32,786 bases of DNA, from the NCBI GenBank assembly GCA_038217285.1, contig JBBQPO010000027.1, positions 1 through 32,786 of the forward strand, given 5' to 3'. Source of the stretch: Chthonomonadales bacterium. Its GTDB lineage: Bacteria; Armatimonadota; Chthonomonadetes; Chthonomonadales; Chthonomonadaceae. A program made the translations under genes and the position numbers. Shown here piece after piece: positions 8,673-17,729 of the stretch (its first letter is position 1; every line of letters starts with the position of its first letter). The notes under the pieces are model-generated. The model searched no databases. It was given only the letters and a program-made list of their open reading frames with translations, and was not told the origin of the DNA.

Positions 8673-9989
8673 ATGCGTTTGCAAATCAGTGACAACCGGC
8701 GCTTCCTGGTGTTCGAGGATGGCGCGCCCTTCTTTTACCTGGGCGATACTGCCTGGGAACTGTTCCACCGCCTGAACCGCGAAGAGGCCGATCTCTATCT
8801 GCAGGCGCGCGCCGCGCAGGGCTTCACGGTCATTCAGGCCGTCGTGCTTGCCGAGCATGAGTTTGCAGCGCCGAACCCTTATGGCGACCATCCCTTGCTC
8901 GGCAGCGACCCGGCGCAGCCGAACGAAGCCTATTTCCGGCACGTGGACTTTATCGTTGATCGGGCTGCGGAACTCGGGATGTTCGTCGGAATGCTGCCTA
9001 CGTGGGGCGATAAGTGGAACAAAAAGTGGGGCAGCGGGCCGGAGATCTTCACCCCGGAAAATGCGCGTGCCCTTGGGACATGGCTGGGGCGGCGGTATCG
9101 GGATCGGCCCATAATCTGGATACTTGGCGGCGACCGCCCCGTCGATACAGATCTGCACCGTGAAATCATTCGTGCGATGGCGGCAGGACTGACGGAGGGC
9201 GACGGAGGGCGGCATTTGAAGACCTTCCACCCCATGGGCGGGCAAACCTCGTCTCCGTATTTCCACACTGAAGACTGGCTGGACTTCAATATGTACCAGA
9301 CGGGCCATGCTCGTAACACCGCTTGCTACAACCTTCTCGGGGCCGACTACGCGCTGACACCTATCAAGCCCTGTATGGACTCGGAACCGGGATATGAGGA
9401 CCATCCGAACGGCTTCAAGGTCGAAAACGGCTATCTGGACGACTATGATGTGCGCAAGGCGGCCTACTGGGACCTGTTCGCGGGGGCGCATGGCCACACC
9501 TACGGCTGCCACGATATCTGGCAATTTCTCGACACAAGCCGGTTTCCAGCGGTCACCGCTGCTCGCACGCCGTGGCAACAGGCGCTCCACCTACCGGGTG
9601 CGGAACAGATGCGGTATGTGCGCAGACTGCTCGGCTCACGTCCATATCTAGGTCGAATCCCGGATCAGGCTCTCCTGCTTTCCGATCCACGCGAGGGTGG
9701 CGACCATGTGCAGGCGACCCGTGCCCAAGATGGCGGCTACGCATTTGTCTATATCCCAACCGGCAAGCCGGTTACGGTAGACCTGAAATTGCTCTCCGGA
9801 AAACTGGTTACGGCCCACTGGTTCGATCCGCGCACGGGCACGACAGATCGGATCGGCGAGTTCTCAACCCAAGAAGCCACCGAGTTTGTGCCGCCTGCCG
9901 ATGGTCCGGACTGGGTGCTCTGCCTCGACGACAGCGCGCGCGGATTCAGCGCTCCCGGTAAGGAGAAGGAGAAGCGGAAAATTGCCTGA
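8673..9989 (+). CDS. GH140 family apiosidase (DUF4038 + C-terminal collagen-binding-like domain)
   Basis: Start ATG 8673 after GGAG. Motifs: PFFYLGDTAWELF, GFTVIQAV, IIWILGGD, TFHP, WLDFNMYQTGH, DSEPGYEDHP, GHTYG, WFDPRTG, DWVL. No signal peptide. Confidence 0.9.
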   Translation: MRLQISDNRRFLVFEDGAPFFYLGDTAWELFHRLNREEADLYLQARAAQGFTVIQAVVLAEHEFAAPNPYGDHPLLGSDPAQPNEAYFRHVDFIVDRAAELGMFVGMLPTWGDKWNKKWGSGPEIFTPENARALGTWLGRRYRDRPIIWILGGDRPVDTDLHREIIRAMAAGLTEGDGGRHLKTFHPMGGQTSSPYFHTEDWLDFNMYQTGHARNTACYNLLGADYALTPIKPCMDSEPGYEDHPNGFKVENGYLDDYDVRKAAYWDLFAGAHGHTYGCHDIWQFLDTSRFPAVTAARTPWQQALHLPGAEQMRYVRRLLGSRPYLGRIPDQALLLSDPREGGDHVQATRAQDGGYAFVYIPTGKPVTVDLKLLSGKLVTAHWFDPRTGTTDRIGEFSTQEATEFVPPADGPDWVLCLDDSARGFSAPGKEKEKRKIA

Positions 9990-10150
9990 ACTTGGATGGT
10001 ATACTGAAAACGCGTTAGCCTCTACAAAAAAGTGTCGGTTAGTGGATCCCTATGCGTCTATAATAGTTGAAGGCTCAAAGATCGCCTGCAAGGCGACGCC
10101 ATGAGCCTATCCGGACCGAATACGAGTAGAGAATCATGGAGGTACTATCT

Positions 10151-10474
10151 ATGCGACGTGATAAATTTCAGAATTCTCTTCGGAGGTTGCGGACGCCCGC
10201 TGTACTTGCCTTCTCAAAAGCGAGAACTCTTGAGAAGGTAATTGAAGGGGCATGTACAGTTTCTGCCTTTTTTATCGCTGCACGGATTACTGGAACCATG
10301 GGGTTGTTTAGGGGTTTCTTCAACCAACATGAGCCCGCAATTCTCCATACCCTGTTAGTGTCGATGGTTTTCTATCCCCTTCTATCGGTGATAGCGGACA
10401 TGGCACTCGTTTTCTTTCGCGAACTGTTTGCGTCGAATTCAGCAGATCCGAAATTGCCTGACCATGTCAGATAA
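10151..10474 (+). CDS. Small hypothetical membrane protein (about 107 aa, about 2 TM)
   Basis: GGAGGT RBS at 10138-10143 before ATG 10151; TATAAT at 10059-10064; two hydrophobic segments; visibly AT-richer than flanking genes. Confidence 0.5.
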   Translation: MRRDKFQNSLRRLRTPAVLAFSKARTLEKVIEGACTVSAFFIAARITGTMGLFRGFFNQHEPAILHTLLVSMVFYPLLSVIADMALVFFRELFASNSADPKLPDHVR

Positions 10475-10526
10475 TAACAGTGGGCTATCAAGTCCCTAAC
10501 CGACATTTGGGTCGTTGCCCGGCAGG

Positions 10527-11693
10527 TTACCGCGTGGGGAGCAGGTCAGGGCGCTCTTGAACGGTGAGGCGCACTTCCCGGGGGTGAATTTCGCCAGGAC
10601 GCAGGACACGCAGAACGGCCGTCTCTCCATTATGGTGGTCGGTGATAGCCTCGCGCACATCGCGCACGTCACCGATAGGCTTGCGATCCACGGAGAGGAC
10701 GATGTCGCCTTCGCGGAGACCGGCAGAGGCGGCAGGCGTCGCCGGAACGATCCTGTTGACGACCGCGCCGGTATCGGGAGGCAGACCTAGCTCCTGCGCG
10801 CGTTCGAAGGGAACGGGATCGAGGCCGACGCCGATCCAGGCCTGACGCGGTTGGCGGAAGGTGGTCTTGCCGGTCGCGATCAGCTCCCGCGCAACGCGGC
10901 GCACCGTATTGGCCGGAAGCGCGAAGCCGAGGCCGATACTGCCGCCGTTCGGACCGGAACTGAGAATGGCCGTATTGAGACCGATCAACTGGCCGTTGAT
11001 GTTGGCGAGCGCGCCGCCCGAGTTGCCACGATTGATGGGCGCATCCGTCTGGATGGCGCCGTCCAGATTCCGGCCTTCGTCCAGTTGCAGGTTGCTGCGG
11101 TTGAGGGCGCTGACGACGCCGACGGTGACCGTCGAGCCGAGGCCAAGCGGGTTGCCGACCGCGATCGACCACTCGCCGACCTGCACCTGATCGGAGTCGG
11201 CGAGGTGCGCGATGGGCAGGTTGTGGGCGTCTATCTTCACGACCGCCAGGTCGGTATGGGCGTCTCTACCGACGAGATGCGCATAGTACCAGGCCCCGTC
11301 CGGAAGCGTGACCCTGGTACGGTTCGCGCCCTCGATGACATGGTTGTTGGTAACGATGTAGCCGTCGGGAGTCAGAATCACGCCGGAACCCTTGCCACGC
11401 ACCTCCATACCCGTGGTAAGCGGCCCGCTATTCGCCTCGTCCGGGCGTACCTTGCCCACCGTATCGATGTTGACGACCGCAGGTGCGATGCGTTTCACGG
11501 CCTCGACAATGCGGTTATCGCCGATACTGGTCACGAGCGGAGGCTGTTCGAGCAGATGCAGGGCGCGACGTTGCGCTTCGGTCGGGTTGTCCGCACGGGA
11601 GGCGTAGAGATGCAAGAGCGTCCCTCCCGCCCCGATACCCATCATAAAAATTACCAAGGAACCCAGAACACGTCGCCACGTCATCTCGCGCAC
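10527..11693 (-). CDS. htrA: HtrA/DegS-family trypsin-like serine protease with single PDZ domain
   Basis: N-terminal TM anchor; triad motifs TNNHV, DLAVVK, QTDAPINRGNSGG; one C-terminal PDZ domain; GGAGG RBS before GTG. Confidence 0.92.
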   Translation of the reverse strand: MREMTWRRVLGSLVIFMMGIGAGGTLLHLYASRADNPTEAQRRALHLLEQPPLVTSIGDNRIVEAVKRIAPAVVNIDTVGKVRPDEANSGPLTTGMEVRGKGSGVILTPDGYIVTNNHVIEGANRTRVTLPDGAWYYAHLVGRDAHTDLAVVKIDAHNLPIAHLADSDQVQVGEWSIAVGNPLGLGSTVTVGVVSALNRSNLQLDEGRNLDGAIQTDAPINRGNSGGALANINGQLIGLNTAILSSGPNGGSIGLGFALPANTVRRVARELIATGKTTFRQPRQAWIGVGLDPVPFERAQELGLPPDTGAVVNRIVPATPAASAGLREGDIVLSVDRKPIGDVRDVREAITDHHNGETAVLRVLRPGEIHPREVRLTVQERPDLLPTR

Positions 11694-11749
11694 TCCTCCC
11701 CTCTCTCTCCCATCGGACCAAGCCCCCGAAGTCCGGGCGGCTCCTGCAA

Positions 11750-12223
11750 TCAGGAACGGATCTGGCGCAGTATCTGGGCCATCTCGACGGCGACGAGAGC
11801 GGCCTCCGCGCCCTTATTGCCGGCCTTGCTGCCCGCGCGCTCGATCGCCTGTTCGATACTCTCCACCGTGATGACGCCGAACGAGACGGGAATTCCGGTT
11901 TCCAGTGCGACACTACTTAGCCCGGAGGTGACCGCCGAGGCGATATGATCGTAGTGCGAGGTCGATCCGCGGATGACGCACCCGAGCGCGACCAGTCCGT
12001 CGAACTTCCCCGACTTCGCAAGAGCCTGTATCGCCACCGGGATCTCGAAGCTGCCGGGAACCCAGACGACGGTGACCGCATCCTCGGATCCGCCGTGCCG
12101 CCGCAGCGCGTCGAGCGCGCCTTCGAGCAGGGCTTTGGTGATGAACTCGTTCCACCGGCTGACCACGATGCCGACACGCAGCCCTTGCGCCGTGATATTG
12201 CCCTCAATCATTTGATGCGTCAT
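11750..12223 (-). CDS. ribH: 6,7-dimethyl-8-ribityllumazine synthase
   Basis: IVVSRWNEFIT, VPGSFEIP, LGCVIRGSTSHYD, AIERAGSKAGNKG. Confidence 0.97.
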   Translation of the reverse strand: MTHQMIEGNITAQGLRVGIVVSRWNEFITKALLEGALDALRRHGGSEDAVTVVWVPGSFEIPVAIQALAKSGKFDGLVALGCVIRGSTSHYDHIASAVTSGLSSVALETGIPVSFGVITVESIEQAIERAGSKAGNKGAEAALVAVEMAQILRQIRS

Positions 12224-12256
12224 TACTACTCCAGGGTTCAGTTAAAATGGGTTCGA

Positions 12257-13510
12257 CTAGGCCTCTTGTTCGTGAAGCGGCGTCGGGAGTCCTTCTGCGG
12301 TCGGCGCCCCGACATCGATCCGATGGCCCATCTTCTCCTGCTTGGTCTTTAAGTACCGATAGTTGTAAGGGTTGGGCGCGATGGGAATCGGCACCCATTC
12401 GACGATCTCCAGACCATACCCTTCGAGACCCGCGACCTTTTTGGGGTTGTTAGTCATGAAGCGCACCTTTTTCAAACCGATGTCGGCCATGATCTGCGCC
12501 CCGATGCCGTAGTCGCGCAGGTCCGGTTTGAAGCCGAGCATCTCATTGGCCTGCACGGTGTCCGCGCCTTCGTCCTGCAGGGCATACGCCTTTAGCTTGT
12601 TGATGAGGCCGATCCCGCGTCCCTCCTGTTCGAGGTAGATGAGCGCGCCTTTACCCGCCTCGTCGATCTGCTGCAGCGCATGATGCAACTGACTGCCACA
12701 GTCGCAGCGCAGGGAGTCGAGCAGATCTCCCGTGACGCAGGAGGAGTGGACCCGCACGAGCGTCGGCTCGCCATCGGTGACATCTCCCCGCACGAACGCA
12801 ACCGCCTGGTAGGGCGCGACGCTAGCCTCGTAGGCGTGTACGGTAAACTCTCCGAAGTGCGCGGTCGGCAGTCGGGTCGTGGCGACACGCTCGATCAGGC
12901 GCTCCTTTCGGCGGCGATACGCGATCAGGGCGGCGACCGTGATGATCTTCAGATCGAACTTCCGGGCCACGCCCTCAAGCTCGGCCATCCTCGCCATCGT
13001 CCCGTCGTCGCCGACGATCTCGCAGAGCACCCCCGCTGGCTGAAATCCGGCCAACCGCGCCAGATCGACGCAGGCTTCCGTATGTCCCGCCCTCCGAAGC
13101 ACTCCCCCCTCTTCGGCACGCAGCGGGATCACATGGCCGGGTCGGGCTAGATCCTCTGGCTTCGCCTCCGGGTCCACGAAGACCTTCACCGTCAGCGCGC
13201 GGTCGTAGGCGGAGATTCCGGTGGTAGCGCCGCTCAGAGCGTCCACCATTTCGCCCATGGCGGTGCCATGGCGCGCGGTGTTGTTCTTCACCATCATCGG
13301 AATCTGCAGTTCCTTCAGGCGTTTGGCGGTCGTCGCCACACAGGGGATGCCCCGGCCATGTTTAATGATGAAGTTCATGGCTTCCGGCGTACAGGTCTGC
13401 GCCGCCATGATGAAGTCGCCCTCGTTTTCGCGATCTTCGTCGTCCGCGACGATGACGATTTTGCCCTGACGTATATCTTCGATCGCTGCCTCTATGCTGC
13501 TGAATCCCAT
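12257..13510 (-). CDS. ribBA: Bifunctional DHBP synthase / GTP cyclohydrolase II
   Basis: Start ATG 13510 ([16 protein letters not shown]) after AGGTGAG. DHBP synthase motifs [23 protein letters not shown]; cyclohydrolase motifs [28 protein letters not shown]. Confidence 0.97.
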   Translation of the reverse strand: MGFSSIEAAIEDIRQGKIVIVADDEDRENEGDFIMAAQTCTPEAMNFIIKHGRGIPCVATTAKRLKELQIPMMVKNNTARHGTAMGEMVDALSGATTGISAYDRALTVKVFVDPEAKPEDLARPGHVIPLRAEEGGVLRRAGHTEACVDLARLAGFQPAGVLCEIVGDDGTMARMAELEGVARKFDLKIITVAALIAYRRRKERLIERVATTRLPTAHFGEFTVHAYEASVAPYQAVAFVRGDVTDGEPTLVRVHSSCVTGDLLDSLRCDCGSQLHHALQQIDEAGKGALIYLEQEGRGIGLINKLKAYALQDEGADTVQANEMLGFKPDLRDYGIGAQIMADIGLKKVRFMTNNPKKVAGLEGYGLEIVEWVPIPIAPNPYNYRYLKTKQEKMGHRIDVGAPTAEGLPTPLHEQEA

Positions 13511-13570
13511 CCCGTTCTCACCTTCTTCCGCCGCCCCTCTCCGCCGAAGAGGCCGACTGTCGTAACCGTT

Positions 13571-13576
13571 ATTGTA
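13571..13576 (-). promoter_or_regulatory. Putative sigma70 -10 element (TACAAT) for ribBA-ribH
   Basis: Minus-strand GGTACAAT about 60 nt upstream of the ribBA start; no clear -35. Confidence 0.35.
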
Positions 13577-13718
13577 CCTTACGCACAGCGGCCAGGAAGG
13601 AACTGCCGTCGACTGATTCTGGCAGGAAGTCCATGCTTGTTCGTTGAACTTGCCGTGAGAGCTTCGTTCGGACGACAGAGCACGGCGTCGTACAGAAGAG
13701 TCAACCACAGGAGGCAGC

Positions 13719-14303
13719 GTGTTTCTCAGCTTTACACCGGCGGGCGTCGAATTCGCCTACCGGCGCGGTGTCTTTCCCATGCATAACCACTGGACCGCAG
13801 AGATCGAATGGTATCGTCCGGATCCGCGGACGATCCTTCCTTTGGAGTCGTTTCATATTTCGCGGTCGCTGGAGAAGACTTTGCGCCAGGGCATTTTCGA
13901 GGTCCGATTTAACACCGATTTCGAGGGGGTCATGCGGGGATGCGCGGATCGCGAGGAGGGAACCTGGATCTCCGAGGAGTTCATTAAGATCTACGGCGAA
14001 CTCCACCGCATCGGCAAGGCGCACAGTGTCGAGGTTCTGCTGGACGACCGTCTGGTCGGAGGAACGTATGGCATCGCGCTGGGAAGCGCGTTTATGGCGG
14101 AGAGTATGTTCCACTATGAGACGGACGCATCGAAGGTAGCGCTGGCATCCCTGGTGGCCCGGTTGAAAGCTCAGAACTTTACTCTGCTCGACGTTCAGTA
14201 CCTGACGCCGCATCTGGCAAGGTTCGGCGCAATCGAAATTCCCTTTCGTGACTACTATGATCGCCTGCGCCGAGCGCTGCGCCGAGACTGTCAATTCGGA
14301 TAA
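13719..14303 (+). CDS. aat: Leucyl/phenylalanyl-tRNA--protein transferase
   Basis: [71 protein letters not shown]. Confidence 0.95.
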   Translation: MFLSFTPAGVEFAYRRGVFPMHNHWTAEIEWYRPDPRTILPLESFHISRSLEKTLRQGIFEVRFNTDFEGVMRGCADREEGTWISEEFIKIYGELHRIGKAHSVEVLLDDRLVGGTYGIALGSAFMAESMFHYETDASKVALASLVARLKAQNFTLLDVQYLTPHLARFGAIEIPFRDYYDRLRRALRRDCQFG

Positions 14304-14419
14304 GACTTAGAGTCAGGCACGTTCTGATGGAACCGAAACCCATCTCGCTCTGTCCTCTCCCTGAGAGAACGACTGCACGAGCGGCAATTTCAAGTTAGAG
14401 AACCCCCGGGGAGAAAATC

Positions 14420-14737
14420 ATGATAGGCGAGACGGAGAGACCGGAGACAGCAGACGAATTAAAAGAAGACACGAATACAGGAGCCGAGTTAGGTGGAATT
14501 GGCGGGGCTGTAGCAGGCGCCGTTGCCGGATCGATGGCCGGTCCAATCGGCACCATTGCGGGCGCGGTGATAGGCGGCATCGTTGGCGCGGTCACCAGCA
14601 AAGCGGCCGTCGGCGTCATAAACAGAATCGAACAGGACCACTCCGTGAGCGGTGCCGAAGGTTCGACGGACGCCCGTCCGGAGGAGGAGCCACAAGAGCT
14701 CGTGAACCCTGTCCCATCGACTCGAGAGGATGCCTGA
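14420..14737 (+). CDS. Small glycine-zipper membrane protein
   Basis: GAELGGIGGAVAGAVAGSMAGPIGTIAGAVIGGIVGA between acidic tails; GGAG RBS; TGATG coupling to the next gene. Confidence 0.7.
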   Translation: MIGETERPETADELKEDTNTGAELGGIGGAVAGAVAGSMAGPIGTIAGAVIGGIVGAVTSKAAVGVINRIEQDHSVSGAEGSTDARPEEEPQELVNPVPSTREDA

Positions 14738-15465
14738 TGCGGGTCTACCGGATTGAGGAGGGAATCTGGCAGATCTCTCTGGCGTGGAGTAACGTCTGGC
14801 TCTTATGGAATGGAGATGACGCTGCTCTCATCGATACGGGGCTTCAGGCGGATCGAAACGAACTGTTGGAGGCCCTGCGGCAGATAGGAGTAGCGGAGAC
14901 GCAGGTACGCACGGTATTGCTGACCCACGCGCATTGCGATCACGGCGGAAACGCCGCCTATTTCGCGGCCCGATCCGCGACCACTCGTCTCCATAACGCC
15001 GAGTTACCGTTTCTCGGCACACCGCGTCGAACGTACATCCCTACCGGTACGGCGCTCCTGACGCGTCCCCATACCGCCCTGGCTTTCGCGATCGGTGAAG
15101 CGCGTTTTCCGGTCGAGCGTGTTGCGCGTGGGCTTAGCGGCCTCGCTGCGGACGATTACATCGACGTTCCGGGAGGCCCGCTGCGTGTCATCGCCAGTCC
15201 AGGTCATACGCCGGGCCACATCGCCTTTTTCCGAGAGCGAGACGGCGTGCTGTTCAGTGGCGACGCCGTGTTGAATGTCATCCCAATTCGGCGCGTCGTC
15301 GGGCTGAGCCTGCCCATCCAATTCCTCTCCTCGGACTGGGAGCAAGGCAAATCCAGCGCCCGCCGTCTGGCCGAACTCGCGCCGCGGCTCCTGCTCGCTG
15401 GGCACGGCCCGCCTCACCAGGAGAACACTGCCGAGCGACTGCAGGAGTGGGCCACAACTCTGTGA
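14737..15465 (+). CDS. MBL-fold metallo-hydrolase
   Basis: LIDTG, THAHCDHGG (HxHxDH), PGHTPGH, LFSGD, AGHG. Confidence 0.9.
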   Translation: MRVYRIEEGIWQISLAWSNVWLLWNGDDAALIDTGLQADRNELLEALRQIGVAETQVRTVLLTHAHCDHGGNAAYFAARSATTRLHNAELPFLGTPRRTYIPTGTALLTRPHTALAFAIGEARFPVERVARGLSGLAADDYIDVPGGPLRVIASPGHTPGHIAFFRERDGVLFSGDAVLNVIPIRRVVGLSLPIQFLSSDWEQGKSSARRLAELAPRLLLAGHGPPHQENTAERLQEWATTL

Positions 15466-15507
15466 ACTACCGAGCCAGCAAGGTGCGAGGTGCGCTCGGC
15501 TTCTGCA

Positions 15508-15993
15508 TCAACCGGCAGAGGTTGCTGGAAAGGGCAGTTCCAGCGTATCGCCCGGCATCAGGTGGTTCCACTGTCCACAACATTCCTGAAGACGGGATCG
15601 AACGGCAGCCAGTTGCGCCGGACTGACCTCCGGTGCAGCGACATCGTGGGCGCTGCAACTGAGCCCCGCCAGCCCCACAAGCTCCTCCTGTTCTCGGCCG
15701 CTCGCATACTCGCCCTGAAGCAGGATGACCAGGCTTTCGGCGTGCATCGCTTCCTCCGGCATCGCCCGAAAGCTTCCGTCCGCCAGGCGCGTCGTGAAAT
15801 CGTCGATGTTCCAACCCTGCGCTATCAAACCATAAAAGGCTCCTCGGAACCCTAACGTCGTCTCGACCGCATAGTGCGTCAGATCATGATGCGGCGTGAT
15901 GCTCTTCAGCGTTGTCCAGGTTTCCGTTCCATCGTCCCGCAGGCAGCGCATCGTACTGGGTCCGTCGGTACCTTTTTGAAATCGAATTTGCAT
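15508..15993 (-). CDS. Hypothetical protein with HDxxH motif
   Basis: Likely start ATG 15993 (MQIRFQKG) after GGAG; motifs PHHDLTHYAVE, GFRGAFYGLIAQGW and a downstream AESLV. Confidence 0.65.
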   Translation of the reverse strand: MQIRFQKGTDGPSTMRCLRDDGTETWTTLKSITPHHDLTHYAVETTLGFRGAFYGLIAQGWNIDDFTTRLADGSFRAMPEEAMHAESLVILLQGEYASGREQEELVGLAGLSCSAHDVAAPEVSPAQLAAVRSRLQECCGQWNHLMPGDTLELPFPATSAG

Positions 15994-16140
15994 GGTTTTC
16001 TCCAACGGTCATGTTTGCATTCTCATCACCGGGCATAGGCTCCTCGTATCGCCAGGCTCCGTAGGGCTAATTTTGATCGACGCGATGATGAACCTGTTTC
16101 AGGATGCCTAAACGATGTCAGCAAACTCGTTGGTTCGTAT

Positions 16141-17364
16141 CTAACGCCGCCTCTTCAGGAGGCGCATAAGCCACGGGGCACGAGACTCCGATCCGCCTTC
16201 CATGCCGTCGGAGGCCCGCGCCATCTCGTCCGGTCGACAGGCGATCTTCGTCTCGTCAGCGGCGCGCAACAGATCCGCTCCATCCGTGCTGGAGCCACTC
16301 GCGCGGAGAAGGATCGTTTTATCGAGACGGGCTGTGATCTCCGCGATGACCGTATGGATCGCCTCTCTCGTCTCCGGAGTTATCTCTTTCTCCAGCAGTT
16401 CCTGACAATATTGTGGCACGGAACGTGATCGGTAGTCCAGGCGAATATCATTGACGCGAAAGCGGATCTTAATGAGAGCTGTCATGGTATCCAGTTTCGT
16501 GGCAACAGACATTTGCGGGTCTGTCAGCAACGCAATAGCCAGCGCATCCTTGTCGCCAAATTTGAGAAGGGCTTTTCCCGCGTCTTCCCGTTCCAGTGAA
16601 CTGACTGCTGTCAATGCACGCATAAGCAGGGGAATCGCCTGGGGCTCCCGCATCTCTGCCAGTGCGGTCATTGCGGAAAAACGATTAAGCACGTGTTCGT
16701 CGAGCATAGCCTCCAGAACAAAGGGTAGCGTCCGCGCTTCACGGTGTCGGCAGAAAGCCTGAATAACAACCCAACGCACAGGATCACTCGGATCGTTGTG
16801 GGCATCGATCAGGGCTGCTATCGCACGCTCGTCCCCCCAAAAGAGGCGACGGGCGAGCATCGTTATCACCACAAGACGAACCATTGCGTCGTCATCCTGG
16901 AACATCTCGATCAGCTCGGGGAGGATAGGGGTATGCTGAAACTGATCTAACGCCAACGCGGCGGCGTGCCGCACCAGTCGATTTTCATCACTGAGAGCTT
17001 TGGCCAATGGCCGAACGGCGCGTGTATCTCCCAGATCGCCCAATAGTTCGGCCGCGTACAGGCGCATCCTGTCATCGCCTGACTGAAGCGCTCCCAGTAG
17101 TGGCAGAACTGCCGTCTCTCCGAATGCGACAAGCTGTTGCTTCACTCTCTTCTCGTCATCGGCAGGTAACTCCGGAAGAACTCCCAGGATAGGAATGACC
17201 GCACGAGCGTCGCGACTTTGCACAAGGGAATCTATTGCCTGCATACGCATGTGTGCATCAGGATTCGACTTCAGCAGGTCGGCATCGTGCTCAACCGCAT
17301 CCACCAAGGAGGAGGCTCCGACACCTTTTTGGGATGCCTTTGCGACACGCGCATTAAGCGTCAT
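16141..17364 (-). CDS. HEAT-repeat (PBS lyase-like) protein
   Basis: Tandem repeats such as RLYAAELLGDLGDTRAVRPLAKALSD, VRHAAALALD, RFSAMTALAEMREPQAIPLLMRAL; TAAGGAG RBS. Confidence 0.88.
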   Translation of the reverse strand: MTLNARVAKASQKGVGASSLVDAVEHDADLLKSNPDAHMRMQAIDSLVQSRDARAVIPILGVLPELPADDEKRVKQQLVAFGETAVLPLLGALQSGDDRMRLYAAELLGDLGDTRAVRPLAKALSDENRLVRHAAALALDQFQHTPILPELIEMFQDDDAMVRLVVITMLARRLFWGDERAIAALIDAHNDPSDPVRWVVIQAFCRHREARTLPFVLEAMLDEHVLNRFSAMTALAEMREPQAIPLLMRALTAVSSLEREDAGKALLKFGDKDALAIALLTDPQMSVATKLDTMTALIKIRFRVNDIRLDYRSRSVPQYCQELLEKEITPETREAIHTVIAEITARLDKTILLRASGSSTDGADLLRAADETKIACRPDEMARASDGMEGGSESRAPWLMRLLKRRR

Positions 17365-17448
17365 TTCTTACTCTCCTTATCCCTTGAAAGTCGGAGACGA
17401 TACCTTCCCTTAGTACCCGTCCTCCGAAATAGCGGTGACGCCGCGAGG

Positions 17449-17454
17449 TATAAT
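17449..17454 (+). promoter_or_regulatory. Putative sigma70 -10 element (TATAAT) for the 17475-18102 gene pair
   Basis: Perfect TATAAT, then AGGAAGGA RBS (17460-17467) and ATG 17475. Confidence 0.5.
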
Positions 17455-17474
17455 GATCCAGGAAGGAAATTACG

Positions 17475-17729
17475 ATGCCTGTACAAACATTCGAAGCCCT
17501 GACAGATGAAAACGGAAACTTACGTTTCGCGGATACGGTGCACCTGCCTGCGCACACCAAGGTCTATATCGTCGTCCCCGAGCAAGCGACATCCTACGCC
17601 GAGATAGCGCCGGAAACGGGAGAGATCTCCCCTGCTTCCATGCGCTTTCCGCTGGTTCGCGTCACACAGGAGGGACTGGCGAAGCGGCTGATTAAGATCA
17701 TTGTCGAGGATACGCATGCCGAACTATGA
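17475..17729 (+). CDS. Small AF2212/DUF104-like putative antitoxin-type protein
   Basis: N-terminal pattern FEALTDENGNLRFADTVHLPAHTKVYIVVP resembles AbrB-like AF2212 beta-hairpin proteins; overlaps the next gene by 14 nt. Confidence 0.55.
   Translation: MPVQTFEALTDENGNLRFADTVHLPAHTKVYIVVPEQATSYAEIAPETGEISPASMRFPLVRVTQEGLAKRLIKIIVEDTHAEL

Noticed and set aside
13511-13708. FMN riboswitch or N-terminal extension of RibBA
   Set aside because: No RFN consensus blocks; the extension is non-homologous and a good RBS precedes ATG 13510.
14329-14354. ECF-type promoter GGAAC...GTC before the glycine-zipper gene
   Set aside because: The 18-nt spacer and weak -10 are insufficient support.
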